From: Candidatus Hadarchaeota archaeon
Lineage (GTDB): Archaea; CAYQAE01; CAYVLA01
Length of the DNA: 64,000 nt
Direction of reading: 5' to 3'
Assembly: GCA_964621445.1 (NCBI GenBank)
Contig: CAZUNO010000007.1
Location: 1 to 64,000 of the forward strand
Shown: positions 30,284 through 40,919 of the stretch, in pieces
How positions within the stretch are numbered: position 1 is the stretch's first letter
Layout of the letters: the number at the start of each line of letters is the position of its first letter
The notes under the pieces: model-generated
What the model was told of the DNA's origin: nothing
The model's database searches: none
Seen by the model: only the letters and a program-made list of their open reading frames with translations
Program-made: the position numbers and the translations under genes

Positions 30284-32059
30284 ATGGCCGAGACTGGAAT
30301 AGCGGTAATGGATTATGGCGGACAGTACGTGGAGAATATCGCCAGGGCCTTTGCTGAAATGGCGATCCCGGTTAGGATCATGCCCCCAGATTCGGAACCC
30401 GGCCGGCTAGAGGATTTCCGAGGTATAGTTCTCAGCGGGGGCCCCTATAGCGTTTATGAGCCCGATTCTCCCACCCTGGACGTGGATATTCTGGAGAGCG
30501 GGAAGCCCATACTCGGGTTATGCTACGGTTTCCAACTTATAGCACATTTGATGGGGGGAGAGGTAAGGGGCGGCAGATCCGGAGAATACGGCTTTGCTGA
30601 GGTGGAGGTACAGACCGCTAATCCACTGTTCAGGGGAATGACCTCCCCACAGATATGTTGGATGAGCCATGGGGACGAGGTAGTCGAGCTTCCTGATGAT
30701 TTCGTTTCCTCGGCCTCCACCAGGAGTTGTCCCAACGCGGCGATACACCACCGGGAGCGACCGATCTTTGGCCTTCAATTTCATCCCGAGGTTAGCCACA
30801 CCCCCGAGGGCTGGGGAATACTTCGTAATTTCGCATCCGAGGTATGTGGATTTACAATAGGGAGCTGGGACACCGATTCCTGTCTGGACTCCAAGATAGG
30901 CTGGCTCAGGGACCAGACAGGGGATGGAAGGGTTCTTGTTGCCGTGTCCGGAGGTGTGGATTCCACGGTTGCCGCGGCCTTGACCAAGAGGGCGGTTGGA
31001 GATAGGCTGGTTACCATCCACATTGATCAGGGGTTGATGCGGGAGGGCGAGTCCGAATGGGTTGTTTCGAAATTGAAGGAAGCCGGGTTGGACCCGGTGT
31101 TTATCGATGAATCCGATATCTTTCTTGGCCAACTGGCAGGAGTTTCGGAGGGAGACGCCAAGAGAAAGGTGATCGGTGAACTGTTCATACGGACCTTCGA
31201 GCGTTTTGCCTCCGAGCAGGAAATCGATGCACTGATCCAGGGGACCATAGCTCCAGATGCAATTGAAAGTTTGAGGGGCCAGGCCTCGGAGGGTGATAGT
31301 TCAAATCACGGGGGGATGATAAAACTACATCACAATGTGGGGGGTCTTCCCGAAGAGATGTGGATTAGGGTCCTAGAGCCGCTTAGAGATCTATTCAAGT
31401 ATCAGGTCCGTCTTTTGGGCAATGCACTTGGGGTCCCAGAAACCCTGCTGGAAAGACAGCCATTTCCGGGACCCGCACTCGCGGTACGTATTTCCGGGGA
31501 GGTCACGAAGGAAAAGCTGCAAACTCTGCGCTCCGCAACTTCAATCGTGGAGAACGCATTATTGGATCTGAATCCGTCCCAATACCTGGTCTATCTTATC
31601 GGCGAGGAATCAACCCCCCGTCCCGATGTGGAATCGACCTGCAGCCGGATGATTGGCCCCTCAATCGAGTTAAACGCGCAGTGTTTCGATGATATTGCGG
31701 TTGGCGTCAAGGGAGATGAGAGGCTTTTGGGTGAAATTGTATCCATCGACCTTGGAGAGTCGGCGGAATCTATATGGGAGTCGATGGAATGGCTCGACAT
31801 CCTCAGGTTACAGAGTGCCATAACCGGAGGGGTCCCGGAGATTTGCCGGGTCTTAATCCGCCTCACGGGGTCAGATGAGGGACAGTTCGGGGCAGTTATC
31901 AGATCTGTTGAGAGTAGGGACTTCATGACGGCAATACCCTCCAGGATCCCCTTCCCGAGTCTATTTGATATGGGCTCCCGACTGGTGGAGCTGCCTTCCA
32001 TAAAACATGCATACTACGAAATAACCACAAAACCCCCCTCTACAATAGAATTTGAATAG
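30284..32059 (+). CDS. guaA: GMP synthase (glutamine-hydrolysing), fused GATase plus ATPPase
   Basis: DYGGQY, LGLCYG, SHGD, QFHPEV, SGGVDS, QGTI.PD, IKLHHNV, RQPFPGP and TKPPSTIEFE. Confidence 0.93.
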   Translation: MAETGIAVMDYGGQYVENIARAFAEMAIPVRIMPPDSEPGRLEDFRGIVLSGGPYSVYEPDSPTLDVDILESGKPILGLCYGFQLIAHLMGGEVRGGRSGEYGFAEVEVQTANPLFRGMTSPQICWMSHGDEVVELPDDFVSSASTRSCPNAAIHHRERPIFGLQFHPEVSHTPEGWGILRNFASEVCGFTIGSWDTDSCLDSKIGWLRDQTGDGRVLVAVSGGVDSTVAAALTKRAVGDRLVTIHIDQGLMREGESEWVVSKLKEAGLDPVFIDESDIFLGQLAGVSEGDAKRKVIGELFIRTFERFASEQEIDALIQGTIAPDAIESLRGQASEGDSSNHGGMIKLHHNVGGLPEEMWIRVLEPLRDLFKYQVRLLGNALGVPETLLERQPFPGPALAVRISGEVTKEKLQTLRSATSIVENALLDLNPSQYLVYLIGEESTPRPDVESTCSRMIGPSIELNAQCFDDIAVGVKGDERLLGEIVSIDLGESAESIWESMEWLDILRLQSAITGGVPEICRVLIRLTGSDEGQFGAVIRSVESRDFMTAIPSRIPFPSLFDMGSRLVELPSIKHAYYEITTKPPSTIEFE

Positions 32060-32654
32060 GTGGATGTGTTATCGAGGGAACCAGGGTCGCAAAGTGCCAG
32101 CTTATAATCCACTGGCATTGATTACAGTTTCTCTATTCATGGGTTGTTATCTTCGCCAAGACTACAGTATAGTTCTATGATGTATGGAGAGATATCTGAG
32201 GTATATGTCTTGAGTTTAAGGTTGCCCTCTCCACATGAATACTCAGGATCTTTTCTATTGCTGATTCGAACATGTGCAGGGTTTCCTTGGTGAGCTCTAT
32301 CCTGTGGGTCCCTGTCTCTAATAATCTGTCCAAAGTATTCATTATTGAAGACTTGATCCCCAACGATAACCGTGTCATTATCCTCTTCCCCGAGGTAATC
32401 CGTTAGGAGCATTCGAAGCAAGGGAAAATCCAGAAGAAAATTAGAGGTGATAGCCAGAATATGTGTCTACAATCTAACACAACTATCCTACCTAATCTAA
32501 ACCAAAAACCTCCATACACCATTAAAAACAAAAGACAAACAAGAATGCCCGACGATCATAGATATCCAAAGAGTTATATTTAGCTATGCAACTTTATGCC
32601 GGATCCAGGTTCTGTAGGGCTTAAATCAAAGGACCAAGACTTGAGGGTTCTTGA

Positions 32655-33899
32655 TTGAAGGGGCACCTAACCATATTTCTAGCATGTATGTGGATACTGA
32701 TGTCATATGCTAATTGTTACGCTTCCGAGGCGCGTCCAATGCGAGTCCTTGCTATCGGTGAAGTCGATCCGAGCTATTGTCCCATATCAGACTATGGTAA
32801 CATTGAGCCCTCTCTAGATGTGACCTTGGCCATAGCGAGAGAGATGCACGGCACTACTTTCGGAGAAGAAGGTCTCAGGCGACAAATTCGTTTGTACGTT
32901 CCGCGGAATCTTCAAAATATGTTGGAGTACGATTTTATACTTTTCAACCAACCGGTACTTAAGTACTTTTCTTTATCTTCAATTGAAAATATGCATTCCG
33001 TGATTGCCGACCATGGCGTGGGAGGGTTGTGCTTCATGCAGAGCATGTACTCCGAAATCTACAGTCCATGGCTCGAAACCAAGTTGAGCGAGTGTTTCCC
33101 CTACAACCACCATGCCTATCTCCGAATGGGAACTCCTGATGGACAACACTACAATTTAGTGGTAGCAAAGGATACGAACCTTCCACCCCTGCTGACCCCT
33201 TACGTAGAGGTGGGAATAGAGTCTGTTAGACCCTTCGGCCAAGCAAGGCCCACGTTTGCGAAGGAAGGAGCCACAGTCTGGGCCTACTGTACCTCCTCCG
33301 CCATCCGAACCTTTTATGGCCTAGATCGCTTTCCATTATTCATTTCATGGGAATATGGGACCAAGAAAGCATTGACATGGACAACCGCTGATCAGTTCGA
33401 TAGCCCAATGTGGCGCACCAATGATGGAAAAGAGAGATACGCACTTGACATCTTCACCGGTATGATTTGGCTTTCCTGTGGGTGGGCTCTCCCCCGAGAC
33501 CCGCTTAGGGTCCGCAACTTACGGGATTCTTTCACAGAGCTAAGGGCCAGGATTAGTGTGATCGATAACTTCATCGAGTTCATAGACAAATATGGAGGCA
33601 GTTCCTATGAGATTGAGACCGACCTAGGGAGTTTACGGTCCATGATGGAGGAGGCAGACCAACTTTATCTAAGGCATGACTTCGAGAAAACGGAGATGAA
33701 GTTCAGGGAAGCATTAAGTTTCGCATCAGAAATCGAGGCCAGGTCGGTGACGCTCAAGGACCGGGCATTGATATGGGTCTACTTGATTGAATGGCTTTCG
33801 GTCACAGGGACATTCTTGTTATGCGGTTTCGTTCTCTGGACTTTAATGATCAAAAAGAAACTATACAGCGAAGTTGAGACTACCAAATATAGTGTCTAA
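32655..33899 (+). CDS. Surface-protein family X paralog 4
   Basis: Signal peptide, RVLAIGE, IRLYVPR, FIDKYGG, and KDRALIWVYLIEW...LWTLMIKKKLYSEV. Confidence 0.8.
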   Translation: MKGHLTIFLACMWILMSYANCYASEARPMRVLAIGEVDPSYCPISDYGNIEPSLDVTLAIAREMHGTTFGEEGLRRQIRLYVPRNLQNMLEYDFILFNQPVLKYFSLSSIENMHSVIADHGVGGLCFMQSMYSEIYSPWLETKLSECFPYNHHAYLRMGTPDGQHYNLVVAKDTNLPPLLTPYVEVGIESVRPFGQARPTFAKEGATVWAYCTSSAIRTFYGLDRFPLFISWEYGTKKALTWTTADQFDSPMWRTNDGKERYALDIFTGMIWLSCGWALPRDPLRVRNLRDSFTELRARISVIDNFIEFIDKYGGSSYEIETDLGSLRSMMEEADQLYLRHDFEKTEMKFREALSFASEIEARSVTLKDRALIWVYLIEWLSVTGTFLLCGFVLWTLMIKKKLYSEVETTKYSV

Positions 33900-34091
33900 T
33901 ACCAGAATAACGAAACTGGTGGCAGGACTGGAGTGACAGCGAATCAAAAACTTAGGCGGAATCCCAGCCATACAGCGAAAGTGCCATTTTTACAGGGTAA
34001 GACGTCCAATAGCCTCCCAGCTCCACAAGGTGAAGCCCAAGGATGAAGCAACTTCTATTCCTTCATTCTTAGGATATAGGCTGAAGATTGA

Positions 34092-35360
34092 TCAGAGTAG
34101 ATCTCTGTAATTCTCGGTAACCTTTCGGAAGCCCTCGAGCACCTGATCGGAGTATCCCTCAGTCTCTTTGATGAATACGGGCATCCCGAGTATCCTGTTA
34201 TGTACCTCTTCTGAAATGGGCAGGCTTCCCTCCGGATAGCCAGGGTAGTCACCGGTAAGTGGACCCCCATCCTCATAGATATCAAATCCTTCCTCAAACA
34301 ACTTCAACCTGTGAGTAAGACCGTATCCCCTGTGGCTCATATCGATCCCCTCCGCTTGCAGCGCTTCAACCAACCTCTCAGGCTGAAGCCCCCCCAACTC
34401 ATCTGGCCGATAGATCATATGAAGCCCACCGTAATACCCAGCAGCCTTCGCCTTCGGCAGGACCTTCACGGGATTTATCCCCTGAATATCGTCTAAACCT
34501 TTGAATATCTTGTCCACATAACTCTGCTTCCTCTCATTCCTCTCGTCCAAACTGTCAAACATGACCATCGCGGCCGCTGTCGCCCATGGGTGTGTGCGAA
34601 ATTTCAGCCCGAGATTAGTAGGAGCCAGAGAACTAAAGCGCGGGTTACTGAACTCCTCTTCGACTCCCGAACGGTTAAGGTGACAGAATAACAGGATCCT
34701 CTCGTAAAGTTTACGATCGTTGGTTGTTACCAGACCCGCCTCTCCGGCCGGCAGCGGTTTTCCCCCTGGAGGCGACCCCTGCATCGAGAAGCACCCTACG
34801 TGCCCTATAGAACCAACCTTCCGATCTCCCCACTCAGCGCCGTGCGAATGAGATGCATCCTCGATAACGGCGATACCGTGCCTCTCAGCGATCTCCATTA
34901 TGGCGTCCATATCGCAGACGTTTCCATACATATGGACCACGCTAATGGCCTTGGTCCGGGGGGTAATCCGCTTCTCCATATCCACAGGGTCTATCAGAAG
35001 CGTCTCGGGGTCGATCTCACAAAATACTGGCCGGGCACCCATATGTACCGCCGGGGCAATCGAACATATCCATGTGTAGCATGGATGTAGCACCTCGTCC
35101 CCCCTTCTAACGCCAACCGCGTAATATGCAGCCCACAAAGTCGAAGTACCGTTATGTTGACACAGACAGTAATCGGTACCTATATACTCCGCAAATCTCT
35201 TCTCCAGTTCCCTTGGAGTGCCCTCTCCCGATTGCGACCACACGCCTTCATCTATCATCTTTCCGACAGCAGCCTTTATCCTTTCAACAGGTACTTCCCA
35301 GTTCTCCTCCGGCTCGACCTCAACAGCTTTCCGGCCTCCTAGTATCGCAAGTTCTGACAT
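34092..35360 (-). CDS. DegT/DnrJ/EryC1/StrS-family PLP-dependent aminotransferase
   Basis: Start MSELAILGG; NGTSTL, VVHMYGN.CDMD, IEDASHSHG and FSMQG...K.LPAGEAG. Confidence 0.88.
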   Translation of the reverse strand: MSELAILGGRKAVEVEPEENWEVPVERIKAAVGKMIDEGVWSQSGEGTPRELEKRFAEYIGTDYCLCQHNGTSTLWAAYYAVGVRRGDEVLHPCYTWICSIAPAVHMGARPVFCEIDPETLLIDPVDMEKRITPRTKAISVVHMYGNVCDMDAIMEIAERHGIAVIEDASHSHGAEWGDRKVGSIGHVGCFSMQGSPPGGKPLPAGEAGLVTTNDRKLYERILLFCHLNRSGVEEEFSNPRFSSLAPTNLGLKFRTHPWATAAAMVMFDSLDERNERKQSYVDKIFKGLDDIQGINPVKVLPKAKAAGYYGGLHMIYRPDELGGLQPERLVEALQAEGIDMSHRGYGLTHRLKLFEEGFDIYEDGGPLTGDYPGYPEGSLPISEEVHNRILGMPVFIKETEGYSDQVLEGFRKVTENYRDLL

Positions 35361-35612
35361 TTGGCCATCAAGCCAGAATGACTCATAAAAAGTCTTTCCG
35401 TTTCGAGTTTCGGTTATATTATCGCTATCGAAAGAAGGCGCGGGACACGGGTTGAAGAAGGGGTTTTGGTTTTTTTGGGGGGTTCTTCCTTTGAACTGAA
35501 TTTTAAGTTTCAGGTGGGGGTTTGCATCAGTTTGGAAAAGGGAACTCATATCATTCATTCCTGCCGAGGAGGGAATGAAAAGGATTTAAAACATCTTCTA
35601 GAAGCTTGACTC

Positions 35613-37883
35613 ATGAAAGGAACTCTTTATTCCTTCCGCAGTGGTACCGTCGACCTAGGTCAAGATCCTCCTAAGCTGTTCGCTGAGGCAGCCCGCATTC
35701 TCAAGGAGGAGATCGTAAGCCGTTCTGCCTCGTTTTCCTTCCTTGACCATCCGGCTCAGCGAATGAACAACGGTATTCGATTTCGCTTTCGCCCCGAAAA
35801 AGACATGACCCAAGATAGCTTTTCCATCTCATTCCCGGCATCGACCGTACCTGCAACAGTGGACATTAAGGCCTCCGGGCATACCGCTGTGATTCACGCA
35901 GTCGGCAAGCTTCTGAGATCAATGACATTCAGGCCCGAGGGTCTCGTGGTCCCCCGGATGGACATAAACCTCAAGGCGACCCATCGGCACCGTGGGCATG
36001 AGTTGTCAACCAAGACCTACCGTGATTCGTGGGAAAAGGAGGATTGGGAGAGTTATACCCGAGAATTGGCACTGTGGGGGGCTAACTGGATATGGTCAAC
36101 CACGTCCTGCCGGGCTCCACTCGAGGGTTGTTCAGAGGAAACGAGGGTACGCTGGGAGAAGCACTGTTCCCTGCAGAATGTGCAGGCGGATATAGCCTCG
36201 AGATACGGAATGAGATTTGGGGTTCATTCCTTCCCAAACAACATATCCCCGGAGCTCGTCACGCCCGAGATCAGCTTCAAGGGGTCCTACGTTTGTCCTT
36301 CCACGCGAGAGGGACGGCGCCTAATCCTGGATTCGAGAAAGATGCTCTTCCAGAGGCTGAGTAGGGTAGATGCGGTTTTCACCGCATCTCACGACCCGGG
36401 TGGCTGCCCGTGCCCCAGATGCAAGCCGTGGGTGGAGGCTTTTGTTCCCCTTGTCGAGGAGGAGGCGGCCATAGTCAGGGAGCACCATCCCCAGGCTGAT
36501 TTCTACATCTCGAACCAGGCTCTCTCGAGGGACGAGAACCTTTGGCTCTTCGATTATCTTGAATCCGAGTCGCCGGACTGGTTGGACGGGATCGTCTGGG
36601 GACCGCAATCGCGGCCGCTAAGCGAGCTTCGGAGAGGCCTGCCCGAAAGGTACGACATCATCGCCATGCCGGATATTACCCATCTCATCATCTGCCAGTA
36701 CCCCGTAATCGGCTTCGACCATGCAAATGCCCTGGTCCATCACCGTGAATCCCCCACCTACCGACCCAGGGCGATGCAGAGGATCTACGAGGAGACGGCC
36801 CCGTTTTTAATCGGATCCATGCCCTACTCCGAGGGATTGCACGATGACCTGAATAAGGCGGTATGGTCGGGTCTGAACTGGGGAGTTGGTCCCGAGGAAT
36901 CGGTTGCCGAGTACGTACGTTGGTACTTCGGCGAAGAGGTCCAGGATGCGATGACGAGGGCGATATTTGACCTTGAGGCCAGCTGGAAGACGCCGGTTAT
37001 CGAAAATGAGCGTATATCCGAGATCTTGGGGGTCGTCGAGGACATAGGATCGGAGGTTGAGGGCGGTACGGGCAACTGGAGGTACCGGTTGCTCCTGCTG
37101 AGGTCCATCATTGACCTGTACGTCCAAGTCAGGCTTCGGAGGGAACGGGCTACGGAGTCCAAAGCACTCCATATACTCGAAAGTGATATGGGGGCGGATG
37201 AAAGGATTGACTCCGCTCTCGAGGCCCTCTCCGAGAGCAGACCGGACTCCCGCGAGTCGGATCTGAGAGAAAGGATAATCCGCATGGGGAAAGAGCTGAA
37301 GGCCTCCAAGGGCATGTGGTTTGATCCTCTGGACAGGCTGGAGGTGCATCTGGCGGACATACCCTGGATGAAGGCCATTCTGGATAAAGCGAAAAACCTG
37401 CCAAGTCAGGAAAAAAAGGCCGCTATATCGAGAATAGTCGACCACGAGGACTCTGGCCCCGGCGGGCTCTATGAGGACTGTGGCAATGTGGAGAGGGAAT
37501 CACACCGTGTCGAGGGAGAGGATTACTATCTGGAGGACCTAGACCAGAGCATCCGGCTATCCCAGCGTAGAATGTCTTACGGCAGAAGCCAGTGGGACGC
37601 AGATGTTGTGTACCGGTATAATGACCTGAACCCCGACATGGCTTATCGCCTCTCGGTTACCTATGTTACTAACAGGAGGATGCGTGGTTCACAGGTCCTA
37701 CTTGCCAACGACAGCATCGTCCATGACGAGGTCCAGCTACCGGAGAATACCCCCGCCTCCTACGAATTCGAACTTCCACGCGAGCTGACGAAGGGCGGAA
37801 CATTGGAGCTGGTATTCAGGAGGGGGAACAACGGCAGGGGACCGCTCGTTTCCGAGATTTGGCTCCGACCACACCATTGGTGA
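35613..37883 (+). CDS. Large uncharacterised glycoside-hydrolase-like protein (GH20/GH67-like N-domain, TIM-barrel-like core, C-terminal beta-sandwich)
   Basis: RHRGHEL...WE.Y.RELALWGAN and DPGGCPC; family inferred from architecture only. Confidence 0.55.
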   Translation: MKGTLYSFRSGTVDLGQDPPKLFAEAARILKEEIVSRSASFSFLDHPAQRMNNGIRFRFRPEKDMTQDSFSISFPASTVPATVDIKASGHTAVIHAVGKLLRSMTFRPEGLVVPRMDINLKATHRHRGHELSTKTYRDSWEKEDWESYTRELALWGANWIWSTTSCRAPLEGCSEETRVRWEKHCSLQNVQADIASRYGMRFGVHSFPNNISPELVTPEISFKGSYVCPSTREGRRLILDSRKMLFQRLSRVDAVFTASHDPGGCPCPRCKPWVEAFVPLVEEEAAIVREHHPQADFYISNQALSRDENLWLFDYLESESPDWLDGIVWGPQSRPLSELRRGLPERYDIIAMPDITHLIICQYPVIGFDHANALVHHRESPTYRPRAMQRIYEETAPFLIGSMPYSEGLHDDLNKAVWSGLNWGVGPEESVAEYVRWYFGEEVQDAMTRAIFDLEASWKTPVIENERISEILGVVEDIGSEVEGGTGNWRYRLLLLRSIIDLYVQVRLRRERATESKALHILESDMGADERIDSALEALSESRPDSRESDLRERIIRMGKELKASKGMWFDPLDRLEVHLADIPWMKAILDKAKNLPSQEKKAAISRIVDHEDSGPGGLYEDCGNVERESHRVEGEDYYLEDLDQSIRLSQRRMSYGRSQWDADVVYRYNDLNPDMAYRLSVTYVTNRRMRGSQVLLANDSIVHDEVQLPENTPASYEFELPRELTKGGTLELVFRRGNNGRGPLVSEIWLRPHHW

Positions 37884-38173
37884 TTGTATTCAGTCATCAT
37901 GATTTCTCCGCGTCTGGTGCAGGTTAATTCCCCTGATACGGATCGTCTGAACCTAAAAACTCCCCGACTTAATATCACCTAGCTTATGTTTCGGGGTCAA
38001 TTGCCGTTAAATATGAAAGAGTCTTGATGTTATCTAGATTTGATTTGTCTTTGTTTGGAGAAGCTTATTGGTAGAGAGGGTTCGACCTGGAGGTCCATCG
38101 GTTCTTCGCGATCCTGAGTTTTGAGGCTCTAAGCGTTACCTTTTAGGGTCCCCAAACCCTCTAACTAGGCTGG

Positions 38174-39547
38174 ATGTTATCGAATTCAGATCCCGATGAT
38201 AATAGAAGGGTCAATATTTTCGAGGAGGGGAGCGAAGAGGGAGGCCCCGTACTATATTGGATGAGCCGTGATCAAAGGGCCAGTGATAATTGGGCCCTGA
38301 TATTTGCTCAGGAGATGGCCATCAACCGTAGTGACCGGCTGGGGGTGGCCTTCTGCCTGAATCCCGGTTTCCTGGGTGCCGGGGCGCGGCAATACTCCTT
38401 CATGTTGCGAGGTCTTAGGGAGGTAAAGGACTCCCTTTCCGACCTGAATATACCCTTCTTCCTCCTAGATGGCAAACCCCAGGAGACTCTACCGGAGTTT
38501 TGCCGAGAGAACGACGTGGCAACGATCGTGGGGGATTTTAGCCCTCTTAGGATAAAGACCCAATGGCGGGATGATGTAAGGAGCAACATTGATTGCGGGT
38601 ATTACGAGGTAGATGCACACAACATCATCCCCTGCTGGGTTTCGTCACCCAAGCTAGAGTACGCGGCACACACCATCAGGCCAAAGATCCACGAGGCATT
38701 GCCAGAATTCCTGACGGAGTTCAAAGCGGTAGAGGAACATCCCCATGATTGGACTGGGGAGGAGGAGGCAATTGACTGGGAAGGAATCCTGGAGGATATG
38801 GAAGAGGATGGGGAGGTACCTCCGGTCAACTGGATAGATCCCGGTGAAAAGGCAGGGATGAACCAATTGAGGGATTTTTTGAGCAACGGGCTTGGTAGAT
38901 ACTCGGACATGAGAAATGATCCCACCGCGGGGGCACAATCCGGTCTATCTCCCTATCTGCATTTCGGGCACCTGTCAGCACAGAGGGTAGCTCTGGAGGT
39001 TGAGGGATCGGAAGCAGATGAGGAATCTAAACAGGGATTTCTCGAGGAATTGGTAGTGAGACGGGAGCTATCGGACAATTTCTGCCATTATAATCCCCAC
39101 TATGATAGTTTTGAGGGATTTCACTCCTGGGCAAAAAAGACGCTCAACGAACATCGTGAGGATGAGAGGGAATATCTATACTCCCTTGAAGAGTTCGAAA
39201 GGGGGGACACTCACGATGAACTTTGGAATGCAGCCCAGATGGAAATGATGAAAAAGGGCAAAATGCACGGTTACATGAGGATGTACTGGGCCAAGAAGAT
39301 CTTGGAATGGACGGAGTCGCCGGAGCAGGCCTTGGAGTTTGCAATTCACCTTAACGACAAGTATGAGCTCGATGGGAGGGACCCAAACGGTTATACCGGT
39401 ATCGCCTGGAGCATAGGTGGGGTTCACGATAGAGCTTGGCAGGAACGACCTGTTTATGGCAAAGTTAGGTATATGAGTTACAGCGGATGCAAACGTAAAT
39501 TCGATATCGAAAAATACATGGAACAGGTGGCAGAATTACCCCGGTAA
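38174..39547 (+). CDS. phrB: Class II CPD DNA photolyase
   Basis: LYWMSRDQRASDNWAL, SGLSPYLHFG, LWNAAQ, GKMHGYMRMYWAKKILEW and LDGRDPNGYTGIAW. Confidence 0.95.
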   Translation: MLSNSDPDDNRRVNIFEEGSEEGGPVLYWMSRDQRASDNWALIFAQEMAINRSDRLGVAFCLNPGFLGAGARQYSFMLRGLREVKDSLSDLNIPFFLLDGKPQETLPEFCRENDVATIVGDFSPLRIKTQWRDDVRSNIDCGYYEVDAHNIIPCWVSSPKLEYAAHTIRPKIHEALPEFLTEFKAVEEHPHDWTGEEEAIDWEGILEDMEEDGEVPPVNWIDPGEKAGMNQLRDFLSNGLGRYSDMRNDPTAGAQSGLSPYLHFGHLSAQRVALEVEGSEADEESKQGFLEELVVRRELSDNFCHYNPHYDSFEGFHSWAKKTLNEHREDEREYLYSLEEFERGDTHDELWNAAQMEMMKKGKMHGYMRMYWAKKILEWTESPEQALEFAIHLNDKYELDGRDPNGYTGIAWSIGGVHDRAWQERPVYGKVRYMSYSGCKRKFDIEKYMEQVAELPR

Positions 39548-39561
39548 GGATGACCTGAGGG

Positions 39562-40830
39562 TTAATGGCCCCTGGTCCGGGTGGTCTTTATCTCCCTGTA
39601 AAGTTTCCTTCTAATCATCACCGCCCAGAGAAAAAATCCGGTCAGCATCGCAACGCCGGAAACCACGAACCACTCGATTAAATATACCCAGGTGAGGGCC
39701 CTGCTCTTGGCCTCCATCGCTTTTGCGTTTAACCTCCCCCAGGCGGCATTGATTTCCTCGAATATCTCGGCGGCCTCATCATAGTCGTTTTGACGGAATC
39801 TTTCCTCGGCCTCCTTTTCCATCTGGTTCACCTCGTCCAGCTCCTGGTAGAGTTCAAGGGTTGAGGCGCCGAAGTTCTCCACGAATTCGAGCAGCGACAC
39901 GTAGAGAGAGGCCTTGTCCAGGTGGGTGTTTATCTCGACCCTCAGGCGGTGGGCCCTGATTATGTCGTCCGGTATCTCCTTTCCAGCCCCAAAATACAGA
40001 AGGTAAATTATGAAATCCTGGTACCAAGGCCAGTCGTTTAGCATCCTATTTGTGGTCCCGTAGCTGCCAAATACCTGGGTTTCACCAAGAACCCTTCCTT
40101 TTCCCTGTTCCCACCAAGCTATCCATGGGAATTCCTTCCCCGGAGCAATAGCGGTGGCTATAAGTCTCGCCCCATCCTTTGGTTTGACCTTGTTTAGAAG
40201 TTCAACTGGTCCCGAGCTTTTCCAGGGCAGCCGGGCCAGATGATGACCGGGATCCGTGAAATGAGGCTTCTGAAATGCCGCTCTCGGTGGGTTATATCCT
40301 CCCAGGCATCTGAAGGGGAGTATGCCATCTATTATGGTATCTCCCCATGACTTATACCAGCCCTCTCCTCCCCCTCCCCAGGAGGCATCCCCTCCCCACA
40401 TGCTGAGCGGCATTCCCTCCTCACGTACTGCATCCACGAACCAGGACATCCAGGCCTGCTCGAAGAAGACCTCCGGGAATTGGCTGCTTCCACATGAAGC
40501 CTCTCGGAGAAGTATCATATCCCTGGTTTCCACCATGTGTTGATAGTTCCTGGGCATGTAGATCCTCATCGCCCTGTTGATGGATTCCGGGTCCTTCTTA
40601 AGATGGCCGATTGAGTAATGTCCCGGCTGGGGTACGCCGAGGATCGATATCGAGGGGTCGGCTCCCAGTCTTTTGTGAAATATTCCACCCTGAGCCAGTC
40701 CCCTATCGATCATTAGCACCTCGATGGTAAGAGGGTCCCCGGAGGATAGATCAGCTAACGAGGTAACGCATGGAAGGGAAACCAGAATAATTGCCGAGAT
40801 GAAAAGGAGATGCGGAGCCGAGGCCCTCAT
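39562..40830 (-). CDS. Surface-protein family X paralog 5
   Basis: Signal peptide, MRIYMPR, SWGDT....ILPF, FVENFGA, and KSRALTWVYLIEW...RRKLYREI. Confidence 0.8.
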   Translation of the reverse strand: MRASAPHLLFISAIILVSLPCVTSLADLSSGDPLTIEVLMIDRGLAQGGIFHKRLGADPSISILGVPQPGHYSIGHLKKDPESINRAMRIYMPRNYQHMVETRDMILLREASCGSSQFPEVFFEQAWMSWFVDAVREEGMPLSMWGGDASWGGGGEGWYKSWGDTIIDGILPFRCLGGYNPPRAAFQKPHFTDPGHHLARLPWKSSGPVELLNKVKPKDGARLIATAIAPGKEFPWIAWWEQGKGRVLGETQVFGSYGTTNRMLNDWPWYQDFIIYLLYFGAGKEIPDDIIRAHRLRVEINTHLDKASLYVSLLEFVENFGASTLELYQELDEVNQMEKEAEERFRQNDYDEAAEIFEEINAAWGRLNAKAMEAKSRALTWVYLIEWFVVSGVAMLTGFFLWAVMIRRKLYREIKTTRTRGH

Positions 40831-40919
40831 GGATGATCTTTGTGATCATAAGTTAAATCCTTTTTCCTTCCTCGAAAGGGGGCGCTACCACAATAGAACC
40901 TGTTACTCACTGCGGTGGT

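Noticed and set aside
35440-35525. G/T homopolymer-rich stretch between divergent genes
   Set aside because: No convincing stable structure or RNA family recognised. The 5' extension of the DegT ORF across it is probably spurious.
32520-38060. Similar AAACAAA(A)GACAAA words at ~32525 (+) and ~38045 (-) as possible terminal inverted repeats
   Set aside because: Short, low-complexity and imperfect; no transposase or target-site duplication is evident.
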